DNA from: Candidatus Saccharimonadaceae bacterium | GTDB lineage: Bacteria; Eisenbacteria; RBG-16-71-46 | Direction of reading: 5' to 3' | Assembly (NCBI GenBank): GCA_035494735.1 | Contig: DATJGS010000011.1 | Span: 14,199 to 78,198, forward strand | DNA: 64,000 nucleotides | In this document: one piece after another, positions 28,792 to 40,491 of the stretch | How the letters are laid out: each line of letters opens with the position of its first letter | Position numbering within the stretch: position 1 is the first letter of the stretch | Program-made: the position numbers and the translations under genes | The notes under the pieces: model-generated | What the model saw: the letters and a program-made list of their open reading frames with translations, nothing else | The model's database searches: none | Told to the model about the DNA's origin: nothing

Positions 28792-30801
28792 TCAGCGGCC
28801 GGGTTTGCCCTTCTTGGGGCGGCCGCGCGCCGCCGCCGCGCCGGAGGTGGCCCTTGCGGCAGCGCGCCCGCCCGGTTTGGGTGCCGCGGGCCCGGCCGTC
28901 GCGGACTTGGCGGGGGTCCGGGTGCCGCTGGGACGTGTGCCGGCCGCCCGCGTGGCGGTGGTCCTGGCGGCCGCGGACTTCGTCGCGGCTTGCGTGGCCA
29001 CGGACTTCGCGCGCGGAGTCGTTCCCGGCCCGGCCGTCCCCGACGGAACCGGCGCCTGCGCGGCGGGCGCGTGCGCCAGGCCCGGCCGGCGCAGCGCCGC
29101 CCGGAAGCGCTCGAAGGGCAGGGTATTCAGCACGTCACGCGCTTCGATGCCGGCGCGGCGTGCGGCGAACACCCCGAAGCGGATGTTGTCGAGGTGGCGC
29201 ACCGAGTGCGCGTCCGTGTCGATCACGAAGCGCGCGCCCTTGTCCTTCGCGAAGCGCGCGTTCACGTCGCTCAGGTCCGAGCGGTCGGGGTGCGAATTGA
29301 TCTCGAGCGCGACGCCGCGCTCGACGGCGCGTTCGAAGACCCGCTCGAGGTCGAATTTCGCCCCGGGGCGCGTGCCGATGATGCGTCCCGTGGGGTGCGC
29401 CATGGCCATCACTCGGGGATGGTCGAGCGCGCGCAGCACACGCTCCGTGGCTTCGGCCGGCGGCTGGTCGAGTTGCTGATGCAGCGACACGATCACCCAG
29501 TCGAGCAGTTCGAGCCCCTCTTCTTCGAGGTCGAGCGAGCCGTCGGCCAGGATGTCGACTTCGAGTCCGTGCAGCACGTGGATCCCCGGCACCGCGCGAC
29601 GCACCGCCTCGATCTCGCCGACGGACTGGCGCACGCGCGCCGCGTTGAAGCCGTTCGCCATGGCCAGCGACTTCGAGTGATCGGTGATCGCGCAGTACGC
29701 GTAGCCGCGCGCCTGGACCGCGCGCACCATCGCTTCCAGCGTGTCCCGGCCATCCGTGCGGTCGGTGTGCAGGTGCAGGTCCGCGACCAGGTCCTCGAGT
29801 TCGATCAGCTTCGGCAGGCGGCCCTCGCGGGCCTGCGCGATCTCGCCGGTGTTCTCGCGCAGCTCCGGCGGAATCCACGCGAGGTCGAGCGCGCGATAGA
29901 TCTCCTCCTCGGTGCGCGCCGCGACCGTCCGCTCGCCGCGCGTGAGCCCGTATTCGTTCAGGCTCATGCCTTTGTCGATCGCGATGCGCCTGAGCTCGAT
30001 GTTGTGCGCCTTGCTGCCCGTGAAGTACAGCAGCGCGGCGCCGAACGCCTCGGGCGGCACGTGGCGCACGTCGACCTGCAGCCCGTTCGTGAGACGCACC
30101 GAGGACTTCGTGTCGCCGCGGCCCAGCACGTCCGCGACGCCGGGCGACGTGACGAACGCCTCCATGACGGCTTCCGTCGCGCCGCCGGTGACGAGCAGGT
30201 CCAGGTCGCCGACCGTGTCGCGCCGGCGCCGGAACGAGCCGGCGATCTCGACCTGCTGGACGCCCGCGACCTTGCGCAGGCGCGCCGCCAGCTCCTCGGC
30301 GAGCGCCCACACGCCGCCCAGCAGCAACCGGCCGCTGGCCTCGGCGGAGTACGCGAGCGATTGCAGGATCTTCTTCTCGAGCTTCTCGCCGAAGCCCGGC
30401 AGCTCGCGCAGCTGGCCGGCCTTGGCGGCCGCCTCGAGCGACGCGCGATCCTTGACGCCGAGCGCGTCGAACACCTGGCGCACGCGCTTTGGGCCGAGGC
30501 CCTGCAGCTCGGTCAGCTCGACCATCTCGACCGGGAAGCGCGCCTTCATCTCGTCGTAGAGCGGCGTCGTGCCCGAGCCGAGCAGCTCGCGGATGTGCTG
30601 GGCGAGCCTCTTGCCGATGCCCGGCAGCTTGTCGAGGCCGTCCTCGGCGGCGGCGAGCGCGGCCAGCGGTTCGGCAAGCGATTCGACGACGCGCGCACCT
30701 TCGCGATACGCGCGCACGCGGAACGAATCCGCGCCGTCCAGCTCGAGCATCACGGCCAATTGCGAAAAGACGCGCGCGATGTCCGCATTGCTCAGCGCCA
30801 T
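28792..30801 (-). CDS. polX: DNA polymerase/3'-5' exonuclease PolX (PolX core plus PHP domain) with Ala/Pro/Lys/Arg-rich basic C-terminal tail
   Basis: 669 aa. PolX N-terminus ([40 protein letters not shown]) and PHP motifs ([23 protein letters not shown]). The last ~90 aa are low-complexity (...[41 protein letters not shown]). Confidence 0.8.
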   Translation of the reverse strand: MALSNADIARVFSQLAVMLELDGADSFRVRAYREGARVVESLAEPLAALAAAEDGLDKLPGIGKRLAQHIRELLGSGTTPLYDEMKARFPVEMVELTELQGLGPKRVRQVFDALGVKDRASLEAAAKAGQLRELPGFGEKLEKKILQSLAYSAEASGRLLLGGVWALAEELAARLRKVAGVQQVEIAGSFRRRRDTVGDLDLLVTGGATEAVMEAFVTSPGVADVLGRGDTKSSVRLTNGLQVDVRHVPPEAFGAALLYFTGSKAHNIELRRIAIDKGMSLNEYGLTRGERTVAARTEEEIYRALDLAWIPPELRENTGEIAQAREGRLPKLIELEDLVADLHLHTDRTDGRDTLEAMVRAVQARGYAYCAITDHSKSLAMANGFNAARVRQSVGEIEAVRRAVPGIHVLHGLEVDILADGSLDLEEEGLELLDWVIVSLHQQLDQPPAEATERVLRALDHPRVMAMAHPTGRIIGTRPGAKFDLERVFERAVERGVALEINSHPDRSDLSDVNARFAKDKGARFVIDTDAHSVRHLDNIRFGVFAARRAGIEARDVLNTLPFERFRAALRRPGLAHAPAAQAPVPSGTAGPGTTPRAKSVATQAATKSAAARTTATRAAGTRPSGTRTPAKSATAGPAAPKPGGRAAARATSGAAAARGRPKKGKPGR

Positions 30802-30977
30802 GTCGACGGGCTCCAGGGTCGATGGGGACTAGGGGAGGCTGGGGAGCGCCACGCGGCTGGCCGCCCGAGGCGCGGGAACGCCCGCACAGTAGCGGGTGCG
30901 GGCGTGGTCCCGTCAAATGCCGATGACCGCGATACCAGGGGAGGCCGGCGACGCCATCGCGCCGCCGGCCCCTCAAC

Positions 30978-33023
30978 CTAGCTCTGCGTGCCCTTCATGC
31001 CGTCGCGGATCTTGGCGCGCACCGCCTCCACGTCCGCGCTGCGCGTGCCCGATACGCCCGTGTCGCCCGAGATCTTCTCGGACAGCAGCAGCGTCAGCAG
31101 CGCCTCCATGACGTTGCCGGTCGCGGCGCCGCCGCCGTTGCCGTTGTGCCCGCCGCCCACGACGACACGCGGCACCACGTCCACGCCCGAGGTCTGCACG
31201 GCCTCGGCGAAGCGGTTCATGACCTGTTGCGTGAGCTGAAAGCGCGGGCCTCCGTACGCGCGCACCTGCTCCTCGATGGCCATGGCCTGCGCGACGCCGA
31301 CGCGCGCCGCGCGCTCCGCCTCGGCGCCGGCCAGCGCCTGGATCTTGCGCGCTTCGCCTTCGCCCATGAGCCGCGTCTTCTCGGCCTCGGCGGTGGCCAG
31401 CGTCTGGATCTTGGCCGCCTCCTGCTGAGCGCGCGCCAGGTCGGCCTTGCCGTTGTTCGACTGCACCTGGATCGACAGCTCCGACTCGGTGATCGAGGTC
31501 TGCTGTTTCGCGCGCGCCTCCGCCTCACGCAGCTCGCGCTCCTTGACCGCCGCGACTTCCTGGCGGTTGTACGTCTCGACCTGCTCGGTCGCGATCTGCC
31601 GCGAGCGGAGCTGGATCAGGATCTGCTCGATGGGACCGCCGTCGGCGCCCGACGTCGGCGTGCCGATCAGCACTTCCTGAAGCTCCAGGTTGTACTGCGA
31701 GAACTTCTCCTTCATCTGTTCGAGCGCGACGCGCTGGATGTCACTGCGGTCCTGGATCAGCTGGATCAGCGTGCGCGTCTGCCCGACGTTCTTGAAGTAC
31801 GCCGAGACCATCGGGTCCAGCGTCTGCTCGACGAGGCGCTTGATGTCGCCGAAGCGCTGGATGACGAGCGGCGCCTTGCGGTAGTCGATGTGCACGACGA
31901 CCGACAGCGGCAGCGACGGCTCGAACGCGTCCTTCGTGATCAGCGCGACCTCGGACAGGTTCTCGTCGTACTTGTGCGAGCCGGTCTCGCCCTTCGTCCA
32001 CTTGAGGATGAAGTTCGTGGTCGGCACCATGATGACCTTGCCGGCGTACGTATTGAACGCGTACTTGCCCGGCAGCAGCGGCTCGCTCCATACGCCGCGC
32101 GTGCCCTTGAGCACGAGTTCGCCGTGCTTGTACTCGGCGCCCGACAGATCCGTGCCGATTTCGCCGGTGTACGACACGACCACTCCGACGTTGCCGACTT
32201 CGACGACGGTCTTCGGCACCAGCTCGACCGTCGCGAACAGACGGTTGATGTAATACGTGCCTTCGACCAGCGCCTGCAGCTGGCGCCCGCGCATGCCGCC
32301 GGCGGCCAGGAACTTCTCGGGGTCCTGGAAGCTGTTGTGGAACGTGTCGGCTCGTGTCGCGTCCTCGCCGACCGTCGGCGCGATGATCTGCCCCGGCGGC
32401 AGCGACGGGCCGTCGTGCACGGTCACGATGCCGAGCGAATCGTCCGCGCCCTTGATGATGACCGGCGTGAAGCCCTCGCGTTCGCGGATCAGCGCCGCCA
32501 TGCGGCGGAACACCTCGTCCTCGCCCTTCTCGAGCGACAGGTAGTACGGGCGCTCGTCCGTGATGACCACGAACTGCGCGAGGTTCAGCGCGTACGTGCC
32601 CTCGCGCACGATCTTGCGCTGCGGGCCGCGCTGGCCGCCCCTGGCCAGGAACTCGGCCGCGTCCTGGAAGTCGTTCGCCGTGGCGTTCGCGGCCAGCGCC
32701 TGGGACGGCGGTAGCGGCGAGCCGTCGCGCGCGAACACGTAGCCGATCTTGCCCTGGGGAATCGTGACCAGAGGCACGATGTGCACGGCGTACTGGATGG
32801 GCAGCAGGTAATGCAGGCCGCCGCGCAGGACGTGCGGCTGGAACCCAGCCTCGCCCTTGAGCGCGATGACGCCCTTGTCGAGCGAGCCGCGCGGACTGAT
32901 GCGCATCTCGACGATGCCCACCTTGTTGTTCGGAATGAAGCGGATGCCGGCGAGCAGGAACCAAACGACGGCGACGACAGCGCCGGACAGCAGCCACTCA
33001 AGCAGGCCCCAACCGATGAACAT
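30978..33023 (-). CDS. SPFH/band-7 flotillin-like membrane protein
   Basis: 681 aa. N-terminal TM helix, SPFH domain and a long coiled-coil region rich in EA repeats (AEAEKTRLMGEGEARKIQALAGAEAERAARV). Confidence 0.8.
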   Translation of the reverse strand: MFIGWGLLEWLLSGAVVAVVWFLLAGIRFIPNNKVGIVEMRISPRGSLDKGVIALKGEAGFQPHVLRGGLHYLLPIQYAVHIVPLVTIPQGKIGYVFARDGSPLPPSQALAANATANDFQDAAEFLARGGQRGPQRKIVREGTYALNLAQFVVITDERPYYLSLEKGEDEVFRRMAALIREREGFTPVIIKGADDSLGIVTVHDGPSLPPGQIIAPTVGEDATRADTFHNSFQDPEKFLAAGGMRGRQLQALVEGTYYINRLFATVELVPKTVVEVGNVGVVVSYTGEIGTDLSGAEYKHGELVLKGTRGVWSEPLLPGKYAFNTYAGKVIMVPTTNFILKWTKGETGSHKYDENLSEVALITKDAFEPSLPLSVVVHIDYRKAPLVIQRFGDIKRLVEQTLDPMVSAYFKNVGQTRTLIQLIQDRSDIQRVALEQMKEKFSQYNLELQEVLIGTPTSGADGGPIEQILIQLRSRQIATEQVETYNRQEVAAVKERELREAEARAKQQTSITESELSIQVQSNNGKADLARAQQEAAKIQTLATAEAEKTRLMGEGEARKIQALAGAEAERAARVGVAQAMAIEEQVRAYGGPRFQLTQQVMNRFAEAVQTSGVDVVPRVVVGGGHNGNGGGAATGNVMEALLTLLLSEKISGDTGVSGTRSADVEAVRAKIRDGMKGTQS

Positions 33024-33269
33024 GGAGACTCAACTCCTGGGATGTCGGTGCGCGTTCCGTCGCAACCGGCCCGCGGCGGGCCGTCGGATGTCGGCGCACA
33101 TGGGTTGCGGGAGCGCGCGGGTGTTTGCGCTCTCCGCTGCCGCAGAAACGAAGGCTAGAAGAACCGGCCCGCGACGCAAGCCGAACCGGCGAAGTCGAGG
33201 AAGCGCCTCGCGCTAGGCGGCCACACAACCCTGACAGTCGCGGGCGGGAGCGGGCCGCGCTCGGCTCCG

Positions 33270-35486
<2,217 letters not shown>

Positions 35487-35516
35487 TCACACACCCCGCA
35501 GGAGGAGCCTCACCCG

Positions 35517-35966
35517 ATGGAACGCACCACACCCCGTCCCGCGACCCGCAGCGTCTACGCGGAGGCGGCGCGCGCCGCGCTCGTCAAACTCGTCCCCGAA
35601 GCCCGGACCGGCGCGGCGTCGTGGCACATCGGCCCCGGCTCGGTGTGGGTGGGCTGGTCGCACAGCGATGACCGCTGGGTCGCGTTCGGCCTGCGCCGGC
35701 ACCTCGACTGGGTCACCGGCGAGGTCGCGTTGGCCGAGGCCAAGTGCGACCCCGAGACGCTGCCGCTCTGGATCGGCGAGGGCGAACTGCCCGACATGAC
35801 GGGCCTGCGCGTCCGGCTCGGGGTGCTGCTCGACGAAGCGGACCGCTGGTGGCCGGCCGGCTCCGACGCGCGCGCGCTCGCGGCGCAGCTGGAATCGATC
35901 GTGCTCCAGCTTCGCGTCAAGGCCCAGTCCCGCGTGCTCAGGCCGCGGAGACCCGAAGAGCGCTAA
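35517..35966 (+). CDS. hypothetical protein
   Basis: 149-aa ORF behind a strong AGGAGG RBS; no family recognised. Convergent with the moaD-like gene. Confidence 0.5.
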   Translation: MERTTPRPATRSVYAEAARAALVKLVPEARTGAASWHIGPGSVWVGWSHSDDRWVAFGLRRHLDWVTGEVALAEAKCDPETLPLWIGEGELPDMTGLRVRLGVLLDEADRWWPAGSDARALAAQLESIVLQLRVKAQSRVLRPRRPEER

Positions 35967-36244
35967 CCGCCGCTCACCGCCGGGACGATCGCGATCTCCG
36001 AGCCCGGCGCGAGCGGCGTGTCGAGGCCGCCGGTCCAGCGAATGCTCTCGTCACCGACGAACACGTTGACGTGCGGGCGCGTCTCGCCGGTCTCCGTGAC
36101 GACGCGGTCGCGCACCCCGGGATGCCTCGTCCACAGCAGCACGAGCGCGTCGCGCACGCTCGGCGGCGATTCTTCGAACGCGACGCGCGACGCGCCGGCG
36201 GTGAACTCGCGCAGGTAGCCGGGCACCAGAAACGTCACCGCCAT
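35963..36244 (-). CDS. MoaD/ThiS/CysO-family sulfur-carrier (ubiquitin-like) protein
   Basis: 93 aa ending in ...GSEIAIVPAVSGG with the C-terminal Gly-Gly. The PHVNVFVGDESIR motif is typical of MoaD-like proteins. Confidence 0.7.
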   Translation of the reverse strand: MAVTFLVPGYLREFTAGASRVAFEESPPSVRDALVLLWTRHPGVRDRVVTETGETRPHVNVFVGDESIRWTGGLDTPLAPGSEIAIVPAVSGG

Positions 36245-36250
36245 CCGCGG

Positions 36251-37639
36251 CTACTTCCGCTTCTTCGCTCGCGCGCCGCGCGGGCGCGACTTCGCGGACG
36301 AGCGTGCCGCGGACGAGCGTGCCGCGGACGCGCGCGACTTCGCGGGGCCGCGTGACTTCTTCGCCGTCCGAGCCTTCCGCTTCGGCGTCGTGCCGCGCGC
36401 TTTCGCTCGCGACGCCTTCGCTCGCGCCTTCCCCGACGTCCGCCGTGCCCGTGACGTCGTTGCCCGGCTCGCTCTCGCCGCGACGGTGCCCGGCTTCGGC
36501 ACGCGTACCTTCGATGCGTCGCCGACGACCGCGGCGCGCACGCACACGACGGGAGGCAGGCCGGCGAGCACGCTCTTCCAGTGGTGGCCGCCGTCGGCCG
36601 AGCCCCATACCTCGCCGCTGCGCGTGCCGAAGTAGACGCCGGCCGGGTTCAGCGGGTCGGCCGTCAGCGCGTCGCGCAGGACGGTCTCGAGCGCGTGCTC
36701 CTGCGGCAGGCCGTCGGTCAGCGCTTCCCACGACGCGCCGCCGTCGCGCGTGCGGAACACGCGCAGCTTGGCGTCCGGCGTGCAGCGGAACTCGTCGCTC
36801 TCGATGGGCACGATGTACACGGTCTCGGGATCGTGCGGATGGCCGACCATCGCGAAGCCGAAGTCGCTGGGCACGCCGTTCGCGATGTCCTTCCACGAGT
36901 CGCCACCGTTGTCCGAGCGATACAGGCCCCAGTGGTTCTGCAGAAAGAGACGGTCCGGGTGGGCGGGGTGCTGCACGATCTTGTGCACGCACTGACCGAA
37001 CTCGGGATGCTTGTCGGGCAGGAAATCGGCGCGCACGCCGTGATTGCGCGGCTGCCACGAATGGCCGCCGTCGTCCGTCCGATACACGCCGCCCGTCGAG
37101 ACCGCGACCGTGATGCGCGCGCGCCCCGCCGGATCAGGCAGGATCGTGTGCAGGCACAGGCCGCCGCCACCCGGCTGCCACCTCTCGCGCTGCGGGTGAT
37201 TCCACAGGCCGCGCACGAGCGACCACGTCTCGCCGCCGTCGTGCGACTCGAACAGCGCGGCCGGCTCGACGCCGGCGTACAGCGTGTCGGGCTCGTCGGC
37301 CGGCCCGGGGCGGATCTGCCAGATGCGCTTGAGCGACGCGCCGGTGTCTTCGGGGAAGCGGATGAGCGCCGCGACCGGATTCGTCCAGTGGCGCCCGAAG
37401 TCGTCGCTCGAGCACAGCTGCGCGCCCCAGTGGTCGCTGCCGGGCGCGGCCCACAGCCGTGGGCGGCCGGAGCGCTGATCGAACGCCAGCGCGTACACGG
37501 CGTGCCCGGGGAAGTACGGCCCGCCGACGTCCCACTTCGCGCGCGCGGCGTTCGAGCGCAGCACGAACGCGCCTTTCATGGTGCCGACCAGGAGGACGAC
37601 GTCGCCCTCCTTCACCGAGACGTGGCGCACATCGACCAT
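36251..37639 (-). CDS. cytoplasmic BNR/sialidase-like beta-propeller protein with histone-H1-like basic C-terminal tail
   Basis: 462 aa with no signal peptide. BNR/Asp-box repeats (SDDFGRHWT, SHDGGETWS, TDDGGHSWQ, SDNGGDSWK, TRDGGASWE, SADGGHHWK). The last ~90 aa are K/R/A/S-rich (...KARAKASRAKARGTTPKRKARTAKKSRGPAKSRASAARSSAARSSAKSRPRGARAKKRK) and include a 15-bp tandem duplication at the DNA level. Confidence 0.65.
   Translation of the reverse strand: MVDVRHVSVKEGDVVLLVGTMKGAFVLRSNAARAKWDVGGPYFPGHAVYALAFDQRSGRPRLWAAPGSDHWGAQLCSSDDFGRHWTNPVAALIRFPEDTGASLKRIWQIRPGPADEPDTLYAGVEPAALFESHDGGETWSLVRGLWNHPQRERWQPGGGGLCLHTILPDPAGRARITVAVSTGGVYRTDDGGHSWQPRNHGVRADFLPDKHPEFGQCVHKIVQHPAHPDRLFLQNHWGLYRSDNGGDSWKDIANGVPSDFGFAMVGHPHDPETVYIVPIESDEFRCTPDAKLRVFRTRDGGASWEALTDGLPQEHALETVLRDALTADPLNPAGVYFGTRSGEVWGSADGGHHWKSVLAGLPPVVCVRAAVVGDASKVRVPKPGTVAARASRATTSRARRTSGKARAKASRAKARGTTPKRKARTAKKSRGPAKSRASAARSSAARSSAKSRPRGARAKKRK
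36290..36330. repeat. short tandem duplication (~15 bp x2) inside the basic-tail coding region
   Basis: GACGAGCGTGCCGCG GACGAGCGTGCCGCG on the + strand, encoding SAARSSAARSSA on the gene strand. Confidence 0.5.
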
Positions 37640-37661
37640 GGAAACCTCCGGGGGGTGAAGT

Positions 37662-39035
37662 CTATGGCCACGCCAGCGCGGCGACGCTCACCAGCGAGGT
37701 GTCGGGCTCGTCGGACTGTTCGTAGCGCAGCAGCCGCCCCGCGCCCGGCTCGGCGCAGCGCAGCGTCACGTACGCGGGCGCGAAGCCGCAGATGCGCGTC
37801 GCGTCGTCCTGCTCGGCGATGACGCGGAACCAGGCGTCGGCGTCGCCGGCGCGCGCCGCCTCGATCGCCGCGCGGTCGACCTTCTCGATCTCCTGCTTGG
37901 CCTCGTCGTCGAGGCGCGGATCGCCGAAGCGCGGGCCGACGTGCGACAAGTCGACCGCGGCCACGTACAGGGTGTCGCCGCCCTGCGTCTTCTCGGCGTC
38001 ACGCACCGCGCCAATCAGGGCTTCGTAGCCGAGGTCTTCGCGCGGCGTCCGCCCTTCGTCGAGCAGCGCGTGGAAGCCGCCGACGAGGATCGGCACGATC
38101 GTGAACGGGCGCGCCCCGAGCCGGCGCTGCAGGTACAGGACCGCGAACTCGATCGAATGCTCTTCGCGATGCGCCAGCTCCGCGTGGTACGCGGCGTCGT
38201 CGAGCGGCGTGGCGACGGCGTCCACGAACGCCGTATCGCACAGCGCCTTCCCGAGCGGCGTCTGAAAGTGCTTGCGCGTGAGCGCAAAGCGATCGCCGAG
38301 CAGCGAGTGCCCAGTACCGAAGATCACGACGCGCAGCGGCCGCGCCGGCTGGTCGCCGAGCTCGAGAAACGCGCGCGCGATGGCGCCGCCCGCGCGGCGC
38401 GGGTCGAGATGCGGCGCGAGCAGCGCACGGGGCCGCGCGTCGGTCGCGGCGACCGGCTCGCCCGCCGCGTCGCGTACGGCGGCGGCTTCGGCGAAGTGCT
38501 GATCGAGCGTACGCTCGAGTTCCTCGCGTTCGGCGGGGTAGGAGCGACCCTCGAGCGCCGCGCGCCGGATCTCGAGCGGATGATAGGCGTCGCGCAATTC
38601 CTGGTACGCGCGCTCGAACCTCGGCGACTCGAGCATGAGCAGGCGGTCGAGGTCGGCGATCATTTCCTTGAGCGCGTGGCTGACGCGCAGGTCCTTGCTC
38701 TCGCGCATGAGCGCCGCGCTGAGATCGGTGAGCGAGACCGTTCCATCGAGGAGCTGGAGGATGGGCAGCGCGTCGATGCCCAGCACGGGCTGGCCGCGAA
38801 TCACGCCGAGCGGATCGCTGACCAGGATGAAGTCGCGCTCGCCGTCGCGCACCGGCAGGAGGATCAGCGGGCGCAGCCGCGGATACTCGGGCACGTCGTC
38901 CGGGATCTCTCGCGCGACACCGGGCGGGAGCACGATGCGCGGCGCTTGTGGCCCCGGCGCGTCGCTCTCGGGCTCGGCCCCGGGAATGATGAGGCGTCCC
39001 GGCCGCGGCGGTTCGTTCGGCGACTCGATCGGCAT
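37662..39035 (-). CDS. MEMO1-family protein (AmmeMemoRadiSam system protein B-like) with ~190-aa N-terminal extension
   Basis: ATG MPIESPNEPPRPG in frame with ORF 37662..39128. Memo-domain motifs in the C-terminal part: RALLAPHLDPRRAGGAIARAF, VVIFGTGHS, FAVLYLQRR, VAAVDLSHVGPRFGD, ICGFAPAYV. The N-terminal extension is unassigned. Confidence 0.65.
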   Translation of the reverse strand: MPIESPNEPPRPGRLIIPGAEPESDAPGPQAPRIVLPPGVAREIPDDVPEYPRLRPLILLPVRDGERDFILVSDPLGVIRGQPVLGIDALPILQLLDGTVSLTDLSAALMRESKDLRVSHALKEMIADLDRLLMLESPRFERAYQELRDAYHPLEIRRAALEGRSYPAEREELERTLDQHFAEAAAVRDAAGEPVAATDARPRALLAPHLDPRRAGGAIARAFLELGDQPARPLRVVIFGTGHSLLGDRFALTRKHFQTPLGKALCDTAFVDAVATPLDDAAYHAELAHREEHSIEFAVLYLQRRLGARPFTIVPILVGGFHALLDEGRTPREDLGYEALIGAVRDAEKTQGGDTLYVAAVDLSHVGPRFGDPRLDDEAKQEIEKVDRAAIEAARAGDADAWFRVIAEQDDATRICGFAPAYVTLRCAEPGAGRLLRYEQSDEPDTSLVSVAALAWP

Positions 39036-39166
39036 GCGCGTCCTCGTGGGTGAGTGGGGCGTCGGACCGGTCGCGCAGTCTAGCCGGGCGGCCCTCGCGC
39101 GCTCAAGCCGGCGCGCCGCTCTCGGCACGCGCGCGCGGCGAAAAAGGCGTGGCCCGCCGCGGCGAC

Positions 39167-39628
39167 ATGGGCGAAGATGCGCGCCACATGACGACCTCCG
39201 CCATCTCCAAGCTGCTCGAATCGTACCTCGTCGATCTCGAGGGGCAGCCGGGATTTTGGCGGGGAATGCGCGAAGAAGTGCCGATCTACGTGTTCAGCGA
39301 CGACGCGAACGACCGGATGCGCATCATGGCCCCGGTCGGCGAGCTCAAGGAGAGCGACCCCAAGATCCTCGAGGTGCTCCTGCACGCGAACTACGATCGG
39401 GCCCTGGACGCCAAGTACGCGCTGCGCGGGCTCGAGGTGTGGGCCGTGTGCGTGCACCCGCTGGCCACGCTGGCCCCCGACGATTTCGCGAGCTTCATCG
39501 AGCAGGTCGTGCGCCTGGTGAAGAACACCGGCACCACGTATGCGTCCAGCGATCTGGTATTTCTCTCCGCGCCGGGGGAGGACAGCGAGCGCCCGGACGA
39601 CGAAGACGACGAGGAACAGCCTTCGTGA
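39167..39628 (+). CDS. hypothetical acidic protein
   Basis: In frame with ORF 39050..39628. Start at ATG 39167 (MGEDARHM) or ATG 39188 (MTTSAISKLL). The C-terminus is strongly acidic (ERPDDEDDEEQPS). A YbjN-like (T3SS-chaperone-fold) assignment is speculative. Confidence 0.4.
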   Translation: MGEDARHMTTSAISKLLESYLVDLEGQPGFWRGMREEVPIYVFSDDANDRMRIMAPVGELKESDPKILEVLLHANYDRALDAKYALRGLEVWAVCVHPLATLAPDDFASFIEQVVRLVKNTGTTYASSDLVFLSAPGEDSERPDDEDDEEQPS

Positions 39629-40491
39629 ATCCATCGGACGGAACCGTCACCCCCATCGGCATCGAAGTGCGCATCGAGCGCGGCACGCTGTTGCCCGGCC
39701 GCGCGTGGTGCGCCGAACAGCCACGTGGGCTGGTCGCGATCACGCACGGCCTCGGCGAACACGGCGGGCGTTACGCCGCGCTCGCGGCGGATCTCGTGCA
39801 GGCGCGTTACACCGTCGTCGCGCTCGACCTGCCGGGCCACGGCGAGGCGCCCGGGCCGCGCGGCGACGTGCGCTCCTGGAGCGTACTGCGCGACCAGGTC
39901 GTGCCCGCCATGCTCGCCGCGTCGCGCGGTCTGCCCGGCCAGCCGATGGACCTGCCGCGCGTGCTGCTCGGGCACTCGATGGGCGGCGTGCTCGCGCTCG
40001 ACTTCGCGCTGTCACATCCGCGCGAACTGCTCGCCGTCGCGGTGAGCGCGCCAGCGCTGCGCACGACCATGCCGCCGTGGTGGAAGCTCACGCTCGCGAA
40101 CGTGGCGCGCGTCACGTCGCCGAGCGCGGGGTTCCCGAACGGCATCGACGTCCCCGGCCTGTCGCGCGACCACGAAGTGCTGCGCCTGCGCGCCGCCGAT
40201 CCGCTCGTGCACGACAAGATCAGCCCGCGCCTCTACTTCGAATTCGCGGAAGCCTGCCAGCGCGTGATGCGCGACGCGCGCCGCCTGCAGGTGCCGGCGC
40301 TGCTCATGCAGGGCTCGGCCGATCGCGTCGTCGATCCCAGGGGCGCGCTCGAGTTCACCGGCGCGGCGCCGCACGGCATGGCGCGGCTCCTGACGTACGG
40401 CGGCGCGTACCACGAACTGTTCAACGACCTGAGCCGCGCCGACGTCGTGCGCGACCTGATCGCGTGGCTCGAAGCGGTGAGAGTGGTGTGA
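39625..40491 (+). CDS. alpha/beta hydrolase (lysophospholipase/monoacylglycerol lipase-like)
   Basis: GTG start overlapping the upstream TGA (GTGA), behind GAGGAA. Motifs HGLGEHGGRY and the GHSMGG nucleophile elbow. Confidence 0.7.
   Translation: MNPSDGTVTPIGIEVRIERGTLLPGRAWCAEQPRGLVAITHGLGEHGGRYAALAADLVQARYTVVALDLPGHGEAPGPRGDVRSWSVLRDQVVPAMLAASRGLPGQPMDLPRVLLGHSMGGVLALDFALSHPRELLAVAVSAPALRTTMPPWWKLTLANVARVTSPSAGFPNGIDVPGLSRDHEVLRLRAADPLVHDKISPRLYFEFAEACQRVMRDARRLQVPALLMQGSADRVVDPRGALEFTGAAPHGMARLLTYGGAYHELFNDLSRADVVRDLIAWLEAVRVV

Noticed and set aside
37662-39035. Looked for the AMMECR1 and radical-SAM partners of the AmmeMemoRadiSam system near the MEMO-like gene
   Set aside because: Neither an AMMECR1-like nor a CxxxCxxC radical-SAM protein is encoded within the window. 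The MEMO-like gene appears in a different context (BNR propeller + MoaD).
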